64,000 nucleotides of DNA from positions 271,553 through 335,552 of the IMG/VR virus record IMGVR_UViG_3300031957_002643. One strand, 5' to 3'. The notes beneath the pieces were generated by a model. It was not told the origin of the DNA. It saw only the letters and a list, made by a program, of their open reading frames with translations, and made no database searches. Of the stretch, positions 45,801-52,282 are shown one piece after another (the stretch's first letter is position 1; every line of letters begins with the position of its first letter). A program made the translations under genes and the position numbers.

Positions 45801-47437
45801 AATACAGCTTGAATTCATCAGCCATCAGCGGTTCTACATTACTAGAAGCAAAGAATGGTTCGACTGTTTACGATACCTTGACGCTAGTTGATGTAAATGA
45901 CGGTCTTGGTGGTGGATACATCGAAGCGTCTAATGGTCTAACTCTACAAAGACTAAGCGCTGAAGGAACAACGGTTTCACCGTCATCTACCACGCTGACA
46001 TCAACGTTTTACTCTTCAGGAAGCACATCAAACCCGGATGTTGAAGCATGTTTGATTGAGGGTCGTGTTTCTGGTGGAGAATTCCAACTTAGAAGAGTGA
46101 ATCAAGGCGGTTCAGCAAATGTTACTGTTGCTGCGGTCAGGGATAATGGTTCTTCAGCAACATCAGGAACGTGGTATACGACCACATCATTGACCGTGAC
46201 ATTTACATTCACCGATCCTGTTTCTGGTGGCGTAACTTCAGTTACGGAGACTGTATATGGTGTGTCATCGGGGGTCCGTGGATCGAGACAATTCTACGCA
46301 TCTGGAACATCATGGAGTGATGTAACGGCTGTCGCAGCAATCACTGCACAGGGACTAACGCCAGTTCTTGGTGATGTTGTAACTATTTCAGACAGCGGTG
46401 CTGGTTTCTCACAGACACGCTTCTATGACCCATCAGGCCCATCGTGGATTGTGGTTTCACAGGTTATTGATGGGTCTCTGGTCGTTCAAGGAACGCTTGC
46501 AGCAGATAGGATTGCTGCGGGTACTATCGGTGCAGACAATGTTCTTCTCGGATCATCCAATTTCTCACTCAGTGCGACAAATAGAAGATTGACAGTCAAT
46601 GACGGAAGTGTTGATAGAGTTCGCCTTGGTGGTCTTGGTGGCGGTAATTATGGTATTGAGATTTATGATAACACTGGAACACTGATTCTTGGTTCCGGTG
46701 GAATTAACACTGCATCAAACCCATTCTCTGGTGATGTCGATTGGACTTGGCTAGGAAGTATCCCAAGTGGCGTTTCTGGTGCCGCATTGACTTTGGATGC
46801 ATCAGGACAGTTGGACTTCGGAAATATTATTGGTTCAACCAAACCAGAAAACAATGCTACCAGTTCAAGAGTCTTTAGACAGGCTAATGCTCCTTCAAGC
46901 CCGACCGTGAATGATATCTGGTTCGATACGGACATCAATAAACAGTTCAGATGGAGTGGTTCTAGCTGGCAAGAAATTGGCAACAACTTCACCAATTCAA
47001 ATCAATTGACCGATGGTGCAGGATGGTCAACGACTGCAACATGGGCCAATGTTACTGGCACCGGCAGACCAGAGGACAATGCTACCTTGGGTGCACGTGC
47101 TGGTGTCAATTTGGTTGATCACACTGGATCAAGCGTTTCTACTCTTGGCAATTTTGCTCGTTTGGTTGGAACTCTAACGTCTGGTAATATTTCCACGTAT
47201 ATCAGTAGTGCTGCAATCGGGACAGCATTAATTCAAGATGCAGCAATCACAAATGCACTTATCGCTAATGCAGCAATCGGAACTGCCCAAATTCAAAACC
47301 TTGCTGTTGGTAATGCTCAAATCAGTGACGTGAATGCAGGAAAAATCACTGCTGGAACAATCGATGTCAATGTAAATATTGGTAGCGCGAATATCAAACT
47401 GGATGGCGTGAACAATAGAATATTGATTAGTGACTAA
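33830..47437 (+). CDS. Giant long tail fibre / adhesin (4,535 aa)
   Basis: Mu gpH-like N-terminus (MHRID..F..GNP..ADWLNDVQE), GDIWFDTD repeats, about 13 tandem Ig-like NESHTF modules and a C-terminal I.(D/N)A.I.NA.I beta-helix. Confidence 0.9.
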   Translation: MHRIDSEGNVNNRFSEGNPSLGIEGTKVTADWLNDVQENIAYTIEAAGLTLEKGNSALLANAILTLVGEGGSFSNLTTRIRELNDFYLYGARNVFRQDDEPDEATQGPFFDNDIWIETDQNPEKVWLWNSLTETWVDTTEEAAARGILAKQKQQAIADGLVQIFIQTDTPSGASEGDIWYNKRDDLLFVYENNIWNRVYDEVAKRNIVESVINFAVDSAQGTADSKILTYYQDDAPTGLTALNDGDIWFDTDNNNKPHRYTHPNWVEVRDGRIEDAIDYVILQGAIADGTIFVYFSEDEPDAINQAALTPPNPAPSEGDVWIDITDEGGSPRNDPYLFSSGSWVLQNDPEFRSLLLSFATARSIQDGAVTIYFSPTEPDDTYIPPPRYGDIWFDTDDVTIDDPDAANPSTDPQITVPKWEQYRYDGTNWVLIEDFKLKIVEANLKIEELARASADTALSGQITTATTRIGENEATIQQSLLSINGIAGAYGVRTNVNNEIVGFGFLTDYEREIEFTKTGSLDFNPGDEVFIGADWATKTYSAVIVTVDNVNGTMRVISESGTFATGVTITSRLRLDANATIDAGTVNPTPGTSEFEIIVDKFKVTDGTTSSTPFTISGGVVYVGALDTSTPQVQFIGDFANEPDTTYAINSIYKNTTNGNTYILEYISGSSGPKQWVIFLERGANARTLVLSSDSPGYLFDSNAVSTPSNASITFRVQYQGQSSAIGSGDITVYDKDDVALSPTLSNTNSVDSTVNDSGGTTHSGYYEFDLAYSEFSSSDFPLTVEVDDGTLTDTLGIVRIVGSTAKTLSINPDSFVFLFEDDVATDPQNSSIHFRIQHQSLSTAPTTSELTIEDADSTTYSSTNFTSAGSGSGVTSFELLWSTVSAATFPITVTVTDEGITDVVVIRQLIGGLDAISGFLTNESHLVPADELGNIESGGLDGAIGTFDVYQGISKKNTDVTYSVASSTGCTATISDAADGTAGDYSITAMSANKATAVFQAVIDSVTITKTMSLTKSLAGVSAKGIALFATAQTFEFDGDDQPKDAGASITLTTVRTGLSGITWSAVDENDDPVSLSGTGDDTRTLSIGNFGSSQYVTVTVTKVDGGDTYTDKIRVVRLVEGSSSVQVVLSNEAHTFFADENGDISSGDFDSGNCTISVYRGTAQISYNASPTNNTFRFGTITASAGVTQDGTEVAPEVGISAMTNLFGYLDVPVIYRDNAGTDTTYTRRISYVKSREGEKSRSLQLYGSDQVFRFDGDDDPIDAGQTITVTAFKQNLGTLTFAAEDDSAVDVTADLTGSGDSRTLSITDFGDAEFVRVTASADYTVNGSTETVTDTFTIYRIRGAKAAVSVILTNESHTFFAGPDGNIDNALFDAGNCTIRVFRGAEEISYNGTPTNNTFRFGTIVASSGLTLDGTEIAPTVGLTAMEEDSGTLTVPVIYRDPNGNDETYNRVISYSKAKVGAQARGLSMNATSQVFRFDGEGVAINGADTITFTTLRTLLGTAPTWAAIDDQGGNIALTTVDDDTRRLTITNFGTSQWVRVSAEVTTSIDGNPVTYRDYITVVRLQRGQDAITAIIENETHVFPADEDGVVSDYSTGDTLVRVFLGDTEVSYGVNNEQFRFGTITPTNVQDAELTPPEVGISNMTADTGRLRLPIIYKDASGNDTTVYKEITYTKSRAGVAARNLRLFPSAFVFEFDSDDNAINNSDEITFTAIATNVTGLSFSAVDQTDTPVNLSVVSNVATLAITDFDDAENVTVTVTGTSTVNGSTVNFSDSATIVRLREGGGGASVVLTNESHTFYADEENEVLPSEYAGGNSVIKVYVGTSEISYNATPTNGTWRLGSITETNVTRNGGLSLPTIGISDFEKASNTGSLAINVIYRDNNGNDRTIPRLLTYSKSKAGTDARSLRLIATSQLFNFDTAGQPIDSGDEITFNAVRQFIDGSAVWSAVDDQGGNPSLTPGANGDEKVLTIGDFGTAESVVVSVSATDSYTGETLSDQITIYRLNQGAEGRDGITVIVSNETHTFIADEAGLVDDYSTGNTTISVYNASTQVNYSATKVDNSFRFGTIVANNVTRNNLLSEPILGISTMSDEFGSLTVPVIYTNAQGEDTTFTKVISYTRARAGVNVRNIRLRADSLTFEFDQFGDPIDSNQVITFTSLGTNLPDPTWTITSDGSAVFTSSPDADTRTIDIDDFGTSTEATVKVSATYNSVDYEDEIRVIRLERARDSVSVVGSNENHTFFADEGGTILPGDFAGGNCTFYVYHGLSQISYNATPTNNTWRFGTVVENNVTQTVVGGGTIGVTAMSADSGSLTVPIIYRDKDGVDQTFTRIISYTKARNGRDARWVRLAASEQVMRFNSDDIPVDAGQTIDITVSLNLVDIGDVTVTAEDESQSAITLGGTGANRTLSISNFGASEYVVVEAVANITVEGQAQVITDQITIGRVADGSGVVQALVENEAHTFAADEDGVVDSYAGGNTIIRVYRGSEEISYNGTPTNNTFRFGTIVASSGVTRNTGLSAPNVGVSAMTENFGTLTVPVLYRDPNGNEVTVNKVISYSKSVAGRNARLLRLYGSSQVFRFTSDDVPDNPADEVTLTAISTNLGVPTWTAVDENGTNRDSILTAGANAYEKVITVSDFDPYERIEVTVSATYNATTYTDQFTIYKIREGSSNIVVALTNEAHIFGSDEAGTVADYGSGNSIVNVFRGGDQISYNAGGADNTFLIDNFVVNNSTRNTGLTLPTVGISAMSADEGSLTFDVVYTNAAGVVEPAVTKVISYSKSRAGVNARSLRLLSSAQQFNFDSDNDPIDAGATITFEAVKTYIPEAVTFAAVDQDSGSITLTGSGNTRSLSVTNFGASTYVDVTVSVTSDVVGSSTDFEDTIRIVRIKDGNTGIDGKDSLSIFATNPTTTFALDQNGSMVEAYSVGDTTFEVYLGTTAVSYSGTTTANTWRFGTISGTNVDVYQSGATVGIRDMYANQASIAVQVIYRNSDAQDIITNRTISYAKARSGVAEKEWYLSFDKQTFAFDGDNNAKNGSDTITATLTRSSGLSSPVWTTDPSITLSNGVNEDQKIITISNFGTNDTVNVKARSTLGTPVYSTDYNYDFYSDKNGWTSAGAVTNVIDEGWDITIDDAVNSNQNIYKDFPAANYFDGANYRYAVVDIEITSATGDQQKRLYWKTSGHSYSNSYYAEANVQDATLTTPGRYILIFDLHNPTVGGSDFSDNEIQGLRFDAFGAADATFTIHGISLATDVVYYEDNFTISRIIDGSTTIQVVASNESHTFKANEEGTLTGSISDGNCEFSVYRGSELITYSATPTNNRWRFGTISVTSGTATVTNSTSTITPTALSTDSATVDVQIIYRDPNGDDTTITRTLSYAKARQGILARTLKVTASSLVLEYDQNGSLKTPGDYIDFTIDGLNLSSPWTVSCTDQDSSNLTLSQQSANVYRLTGANFGSATRATFTASKSVTIDGTPQTFTDSVTVGRIQDAVSNIQVIPTNESHTFFANEDGYVADYTGGLSTFIVYRGLELINFNSSPTNNTWRYGTITPTGISHTVDGDEISVSAMTANEASVSVQVIYRDPNGQDFTFTQQLSYAKAIQGFIGAGGVSIFQTNPTTTFTTDQAGVLLSGSYDDGNSTFSAYAGDEELSYSTFPKVNTFRITNVSGTNVTVDNGESLPTVGITGMSSDTGKIETTIIAYPATTRVYNFGFEKGSPSTQTPNGPTGWLFSGSTGNVGYIATVDPNSNFNSTISWGAVDNNDPFGSAGWYQVGKRFGLVDSATFIKISAKIRSYNLNVPPTLSVNSNESYFTESDVFVEAVFKDEDNVQIGTTYYSKTLSHKLYDEGRAGEALGGQWLMFTDTVPVPAGTEIIEIYLVSSDGSNTVQTKGYKGANAGNLYDDVIFESDAGIYDITREIPIVQTTAYSRAKTGENSVLYYIKPTNGTAIKNGSGTLTGELRKVDGPSDTKVTSGAIRLYQDGVLITSPTNYEYSLNSSAISGSTLLEAKNGSTVYDTLTLVDVNDGLGGGYIEASNGLTLQRLSAEGTTVSPSSTTLTSTFYSSGSTSNPDVEACLIEGRVSGGEFQLRRVNQGGSANVTVAAVRDNGSSATSGTWYTTTSLTVTFTFTDPVSGGVTSVTETVYGVSSGVRGSRQFYASGTSWSDVTAVAAITAQGLTPVLGDVVTISDSGAGFSQTRFYDPSGPSWIVVSQVIDGSLVVQGTLAADRIAAGTIGADNVLLGSSNFSLSATNRRLTVNDGSVDRVRLGGLGGGNYGIEIYDNTGTLILGSGGINTASNPFSGDVDWTWLGSIPSGVSGAALTLDASGQLDFGNIIGSTKPENNATSSRVFRQANAPSSPTVNDIWFDTDINKQFRWSGSSWQEIGNNFTNSNQLTDGAGWSTTATWANVTGTGRPEDNATLGARAGVNLVDHTGSSVSTLGNFARLVGTLTSGNISTYISSAAIGTALIQDAAITNALIANAAIGTAQIQNLAVGNAQISDVNAGKITAGTIDVNVNIGSANIKLDGVNNRILISD

Positions 47438-47892
47438 TGGTAAATCGAGTAACAACAAAATTGAATGATGGGACGTATGGTCTCTTTATTTCGAAGCCCG
47501 GATTTGATGTATTGACTGCTGATCCTATCGATTTGACTTTCGATAGCCGCGAAGATTATTTGGGAGCGATCCACCAAACCGGCACCGCTACTCGTGGGCA
47601 AACTGTCACTTTCCCATCGTTAGGATACATTCCGATGGTGTTCGTGACAATAAGAACAGGATCGGTTACTGCCGAGTCGTTCACGTATAGGGCAAATCCG
47701 GTCACTATGTACAATACATATAATCAAGCGCAAGATACTGGAATGTTGTATTATCCTAAGCAATTGGTGGAACCAATTTATAAAGTTACAACTACACAGT
47801 TAACGTTTGTCAGTGATTATACTTCACAGTTTGATCCATCTGGTGGCTATACTGCATCTTATACTATCCTAAAAACTCCGGGGGCATCATGA
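47437..47892 (+). CDS. Tail fibre accessory protein
   Basis: MVNRV..GLFISKPGFDVLTA..L.FDS; overlaps the fibre stop. Confidence 0.75.
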   Translation: MVNRVTTKLNDGTYGLFISKPGFDVLTADPIDLTFDSREDYLGAIHQTGTATRGQTVTFPSLGYIPMVFVTIRTGSVTAESFTYRANPVTMYNTYNQAQDTGMLYYPKQLVEPIYKVTTTQLTFVSDYTSQFDPSGGYTASYTILKTPGAS

Positions 47893-48263
47893 CCAATCGT
47901 GTAGTTATCGGACAGAAGGGTGCAGAATATGGACTGTGGGTTTCTCCAACGGGCGTTGATGTATTAACGGCACCAGATAGTTCCCTGTTATTTTCCATGA
48001 GCGGTGCGTTGTTGCAGGTACTTCAGAGTGGAACGTTTAGTGTATCTTCAGCATCAGTCAACATACCAATAAGCGCGGACGTTGGAACAGGAAGACCATA
48101 TGCCCGTATTTTTACCCTGATTGCGGGAACTTGGGTTGCGAGTAATGGATTTTTTGAAGCATCAGTGACCAACACAACACTAACTGTCAGTGTCGTTGGT
48201 GGAAATCCAGATAATCTAACATACAATGGAGCATATTTGATTATTTCTCAGGAGGCCGTATGA
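47889..48263 (+). CDS. Tail fibre accessory protein (paralog)
   Basis: MTNRV..GLWVSPTGVDVLTA..LLFS. Confidence 0.75.
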   Translation: MTNRVVIGQKGAEYGLWVSPTGVDVLTAPDSSLLFSMSGALLQVLQSGTFSVSSASVNIPISADVGTGRPYARIFTLIAGTWVASNGFFEASVTNTTLTVSVVGGNPDNLTYNGAYLIISQEAV

Positions 48264-49918
48264 CCAACCGAGTTTTAATTGATGCTAATTCCTTCAAAGT
48301 ATCAAAGGCGGGTTATGATGTATTGACCGCAAATGATTTGCAATTATTGTTTAATAGTGACACTATCAGCTTTAAAAAATTGCAAACCGGAAACCAAGCA
48401 GTCCTATCAGAAAACACATTGAATGTATACTTTACACACTACACATCGCCATATCCTGATCCGGGCACTGTGTATTATCCTTTTTTTGGTTATACCTTTT
48501 TCACAACACCATTAGAAGTGTTCAATACTTCTGGTTATGTTCCTTATGTGTCTGTTCAAAGAAAAGATGGGACGGAAGCGTGGGGCGGTGGATATTATCA
48601 TGAGTATTTGGTCACCGGCTACTGGATACAATACACCAATCCAATCACCGGAGCACCAAATGGTCCACCTCAATTTGTGACGAATACTACACCTACATTT
48701 TATACCAAAGGACTGCATGGATATCCCAGATTATTTGATGGATATTTTGAGAATGGGAATACTGGATTGTATTTGCACTCATGGGAACAGAGTGCACAAA
48801 TGTATTATGCAGCATTCACCGTACCATTATCAGGAACAGGTGGTGGAACACCACCAGCGACAGATATTACGGTGGACGCACTTTCATATTCTAATGTCAT
48901 TTCTGGAACGAGCCAAGCCACTTCCAGTTCACAAAATTTAACGGTGACTCCACAGGAAGGAGTGCCGACATTACGGATGACGGTTTCGCCAGCACCATTA
49001 GCATCTACAAATGTGAGTGCAGTTGTTAATGATACCGCATATACTGTAACCAACGGGACCACTACAGTTGATTTTACAGTAAACCATAATGATACATTAT
49101 CTTTCTTCTTGGAAAATACGGACGAGCAGCCAGACACCACACATTCTATCAGTGTTACTAATTTGAGTGATAATAATGCTGCGGTAACTTCACTATCTAT
49201 GGAGGTCTATAACAATTATGTGCCACCTGCATTCACGTGGACAACGGCATCGAATAATGGATATACTGAAACGGATACGGTTGCAATGCCGACAGTTTCA
49301 GGATCATCGAGAACTTTAAATTTGGACAATGCGGTTTCTGGTGCCGAGTATGTAATGGCGTTTGTAAACGGAATTGCATTTGGTCCCTTCAGGTCAACGA
49401 GTCAAGTTTCATTTACAGCATCAACGGGAGATAGTGTAAAGTTTGGCTTCTATACTGATAACTCTTATACAACAGGTGGAACGGTGGTAGGTGCAGGGGA
49501 TATCAGTTCGGTCTCTATGACTAATTCCAATTTAGTGCCAACAAATATCATCTCTTATAACAATATTTCTAATAATTCTACTAATAATTTTGCATTCGCG
49601 ACCACCACTACGCAATCATTCAATAATATTTCTGGAACTAGGACTTTCAAAGTGATTTTGACCGGTTCCGGTGATGGGATTACTTTAAATTCGTCTGGTG
49701 CGACAAGTGATGGTTCAATTCCGGGCAATACCTCTGGACAGTTGAATTTTACTGCTGACTCAAATGATTCCGTATTGTTCAATGCATCACTCATTGGTAA
49801 TTTTCAGAATTATTTTGGAATTGCAAAGGTATATATTGTGGCAAACGGTTATGATGTATATCTGGACCAGTTCACAATTTCTCTATCAACACAAGGAAGT
49901 GGAGGACCATTAGAATAA
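48260..49918 (+). CDS. Distal tail fibre / receptor-binding protein
   Basis: MTNRV..KVSKAGYDVLTA..LLFNS N-terminus followed by Thr/Ser/Asn-rich beta modules. Confidence 0.75.
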   Translation: MTNRVLIDANSFKVSKAGYDVLTANDLQLLFNSDTISFKKLQTGNQAVLSENTLNVYFTHYTSPYPDPGTVYYPFFGYTFFTTPLEVFNTSGYVPYVSVQRKDGTEAWGGGYYHEYLVTGYWIQYTNPITGAPNGPPQFVTNTTPTFYTKGLHGYPRLFDGYFENGNTGLYLHSWEQSAQMYYAAFTVPLSGTGGGTPPATDITVDALSYSNVISGTSQATSSSQNLTVTPQEGVPTLRMTVSPAPLASTNVSAVVNDTAYTVTNGTTTVDFTVNHNDTLSFFLENTDEQPDTTHSISVTNLSDNNAAVTSLSMEVYNNYVPPAFTWTTASNNGYTETDTVAMPTVSGSSRTLNLDNAVSGAEYVMAFVNGIAFGPFRSTSQVSFTASTGDSVKFGFYTDNSYTTGGTVVGAGDISSVSMTNSNLVPTNIISYNNISNNSTNNFAFATTTTQSFNNISGTRTFKVILTGSGDGITLNSSGATSDGSIPGNTSGQLNFTADSNDSVLFNASLIGNFQNYFGIAKVYIVANGYDVYLDQFTISLSTQGSGGPLE

Positions 49919-50307
49919 TGTTTATCGTATGTTATGATCCAGAAACAAATATGCCTCTGTTCACTGCCGAACAGAATAAAAATGTGACTCTAGAGTTCTT
50001 CGAAAGCACCGGAGCAACTTGTTTCCTATCCGAGATTGGAGACATTCATGGGAAATACGTAGAAAATGAAACACTGATGGACATACAAGATATTGAAATC
50101 AATAGCAATTTTTCATGTTCTGTAAGCGAAGAATTGGTTATATCCGAAATTCCAAATCCAACTACAGTTTTTGTTGATGGTTCTGAGATCGGAATTGTCA
50201 CTGATGGCACTTTAGAATTTCAAAGTTCAGAACCGGGAATCTATCAAGTCAGATTGGTTAGCAAACCAAAGTATCACGAAAAAACAATAGAGATTGAAGT
50301 ATCATGA
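49918..50307 (+). CDS. Tail-associated hypothetical protein
   Basis: 129 aa in the fibre operon. Confidence 0.7.
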   Translation: MFIVCYDPETNMPLFTAEQNKNVTLEFFESTGATCFLSEIGDIHGKYVENETLMDIQDIEINSNFSCSVSEELVISEIPNPTTVFVDGSEIGIVTDGTLEFQSSEPGIYQVRLVSKPKYHEKTIEIEVS

Positions 50308-50690
50308 AGATTAATGTTTCGAAGAATTATAATTACGATGAATTGCGCAAAAGTGCAAAACAAACCATTGATATGATGGCTGAACAATTCAGAGCACAAA
50401 ATGTAGGTGTGTCTGCTGCACAAACGGTGGTATATCAATCCAAATTGGAAGAAGCAAAAAGAGTTTTGGCGGGTGATGATACTGATTGTCCCCTTTTGTC
50501 TGTTGAAGTAGGCATTACAGCACCAACACTTGAAAAGGTTGCTGATCTTGTAATATTAAAGGACGCAGTATGGAAACGCACCGTTGGTCAAATCGAAACG
50601 GTACGATTGTCACGAAAGCGAATGATTGATGCAGCGCCAGATAATGTGTTTGAAATTGAAAAAATCGTAAAAAACACGTCCTTTTCATAA
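50304..50690 (+). CDS. Putative tail fibre assembly chaperone
   Basis: Position at the end of the fibre operon; Y..KLEEA..PLL..E...IE..RL..K pattern. Confidence 0.65.
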   Translation: MKINVSKNYNYDELRKSAKQTIDMMAEQFRAQNVGVSAAQTVVYQSKLEEAKRVLAGDDTDCPLLSVEVGITAPTLEKVADLVILKDAVWKRTVGQIETVRLSRKRMIDAAPDNVFEIEKIVKNTSFS

Positions 50691-50761
50691 AAACCGTTTT
50701 ATTTTCAGAAAAACGATCACATAGCGGTTGACTGTCAGAAAAAATGTTATATATTGGTTCT

Positions 50762-50970
50762 TGTCGCTGCTGATCACAGCGACGGGGACTGCTCCGAATA
50801 ACAACCTTGTCAGCGGTTGTAAGGAGGCTGTCACGTAGGGCACTGGCTCTACCACCAAGCGTCCAAAAGCTGGATGGAGGTGCTGCTTAAAGGCAGGAAT
50901 CAGGCTTGACCGAATTTGCTAAGGAAGCTGAGATAGGTCATTGAGAGTATCATCCAAGTCTCTCGTCCCA
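50762..50970 (+). ncRNA. Candidate stand-alone structured RNA (about 210 nt)
   Basis: Own TTGACT promoter (50728) and terminator; GTCGCTG/CAGCGAC hairpin, then GGGAC/GTCCC enclosing several arms. Confidence 0.6.
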
Positions 50971-50973
50971 CTA

Positions 50974-51012
50974 TGAAGCCCTCCGGTTAATCGCCGGGGG
51001 GCTTCACCAGTT
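50974..51012 (+). terminator. Intrinsic terminator
   Basis: TGAAGCCCTCCGG/CCGGGGGGCTTCA stem followed by a T-rich tail. Confidence 0.65.
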
Positions 51013-51074
51013 TTAGCTTGACAAACATTTCTCCACCGTATATGGTACAGTTGAACATTAAGGGAGAGAACATA

Positions 51075-51452
51075 ATGTTTGGTATTGAAAACATGATTGA
51101 CCAGCTCACGGAACAATTCGAAGCGGTTTCTGCACAACTGGAAGATGGCTATGTTCCGGCGAATATTCTCGTTCGTGAGCAGATTCGCGACCATCTGAAT
51201 GGGTCGGATTTGTCTCTGTTTACCTATACCGGGGTTGCAGACGAATTCGTCATTCTGGCAGACATTGAAGTCTCCGATGAAATCTACAACGAATATCCCG
51301 AAAAGGTAGCCCGACTGGCTGAACTTTACGCAAAGACGGTCGTCACAACCATTAAGACGTTCAAGGAACGTTTTGGTGCAGGACTCACCGGCGCAGATTT
51401 TCAACTCATTGTGCGTATGGTTGCCGACAAGGCTTCATTGAAGCTCGGTTGA
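51075..51452 (+). CDS. Hypothetical protein
   Basis: TTGACA promoter at 51018; GGAG SD before MFGIEN. Confidence 0.75.
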   Translation: MFGIENMIDQLTEQFEAVSAQLEDGYVPANILVREQIRDHLNGSDLSLFTYTGVADEFVILADIEVSDEIYNEYPEKVARLAELYAKTVVTTIKTFKERFGAGLTGADFQLIVRMVADKASLKLG

Positions 51453-51492
51453 CCTATAAGTAACAGTGACCCTTCGTTGGTCATTTCTTTGG

Positions 51493-51528
51493 AAAACAGC
51501 GGCATCGAGAATGCCGCTGTTTTTTTTA
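51493..51528 (+). terminator. Intrinsic terminator
   Basis: AAAACAGCGGCAT/ATGCCGCTGTTTT plus T run. Confidence 0.85.
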
Positions 51529-51685
51529 CGATTAAAATTTTTTCTTGTTGACAATGCTTTCGATTTGTCCTATAAGTATATTCATGATCAACATGTGGAA
51601 CATCTTCCAGCAATTCGCACCACAACCCGCTTAAGCGCGGGAACAGATCACTTTTACCTAAAATTCGAATAACGTTTGTGACTAG

Positions 51686-51762
51686 CTAGGCGTAGCTCAG
51701 TCAGGCAGAGTACCGGTTTTGGAAACCGGGGGTCGTTGGTTCAAATCCAACCGTCTAGACCA
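51686..51762 (+). tRNA. trnP: tRNA-Pro (TGG)
   Basis: CTAGGCG/CGTCTAG acceptor, CCGGT-TTTGGAA-ACCGG, encoded CCA. Confidence 0.92.
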
Positions 51763-51778
51763 AACGTTCTAAAACCAT

Positions 51779-51852
51779 CAGGGTATAGCTTAGTGGTAGA
51801 GTATCGCACTCGGAATGCGAGGGCGAAGGTTCGATTCCTTCTACCCTGACCA
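51779..51852 (+). tRNA. trnP: tRNA-Pro (CGG)
   Basis: CAGGGTA/TACCCTG acceptor, TCGCA-CTCGGAA-TGCGA, encoded CCA. Confidence 0.92.
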
Positions 51853-51877
51853 AAAATAGAGGTAAAGATGAATAACG

Positions 51878-52111
51878 GTGGTTAACATGATCGATATCAA
51901 AAGAGCCGTCTCGAACGAGAATACAGTTGAATTCCAATACTACTTTGATGGTAGTCTTTGGTACAAAGAAATCAGTGGTGTAGTTTTTCCTGTCCCGGTA
52001 GAGGATATTGGAACAGCGACATTTAATAGAACAGAGAAAGCACTTCTCATGATGCGTTACATGCGGAAGTATAACAAAATGAAAGAGGAAAGTATGAATA
52101 CTGGTGCTTGA
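51878..52111 (+). CDS. Conserved large-phage hypothetical protein
   Basis: LWY...FPVPVEDIGTATF...KA..MRY motif; GAGG SD. Confidence 0.75.
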   Translation: MVNMIDIKRAVSNENTVEFQYYFDGSLWYKEISGVVFPVPVEDIGTATFNRTEKALLMMRYMRKYNKMKEESMNTGA

Positions 52112-52117
52112 TCTTAA

Positions 52118-52193
52118 TGGGGGATAGCTCAATTGGTAGAGCATTCGGTTTTGGTCCGAAAGGTTGCAGGTTCGAGTCCTGCTCCCCCAGCCA
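52118..52193 (+). tRNA. trnQ: tRNA-Gln (TTG)
   Basis: TGGGGGA/TCCCCCA acceptor, TTCGG-TTTTGGT-CCGAA, encoded CCA. Confidence 0.93.
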
Positions 52194-52200
52194 AATTATT

Positions 52201-52281
52201 CCAACCCTCGTCTAGCTGGTAGGATGCCACACTCTGACTTTGACTCAGGAGATTTAGGTTCGATGCCTAAAGGCGCAGCCA
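52201..52281 (+). pseudogene. Chimeric pseudo-tRNA-Gln
   Basis: D arm, TTG anticodon arm, T arm and CCA are present, but the acceptor halves do not pair and extra bases carry a second CTG loop. Confidence 0.65.
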
Positions 52282-52282
52282 A

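Noticed and set aside
33830-49918. Diversity-generating retroelement or invertase switching of fibre tips
   Set aside because: No reverse transcriptase, recombinase or adenine-specific TR/VR pair is visible in the window.
50762-50970. tmRNA or two-piece tmRNA
   Set aside because: No T arm with TTCRA, no matching acceptor strands around the CCACCA and no tag reading frame.
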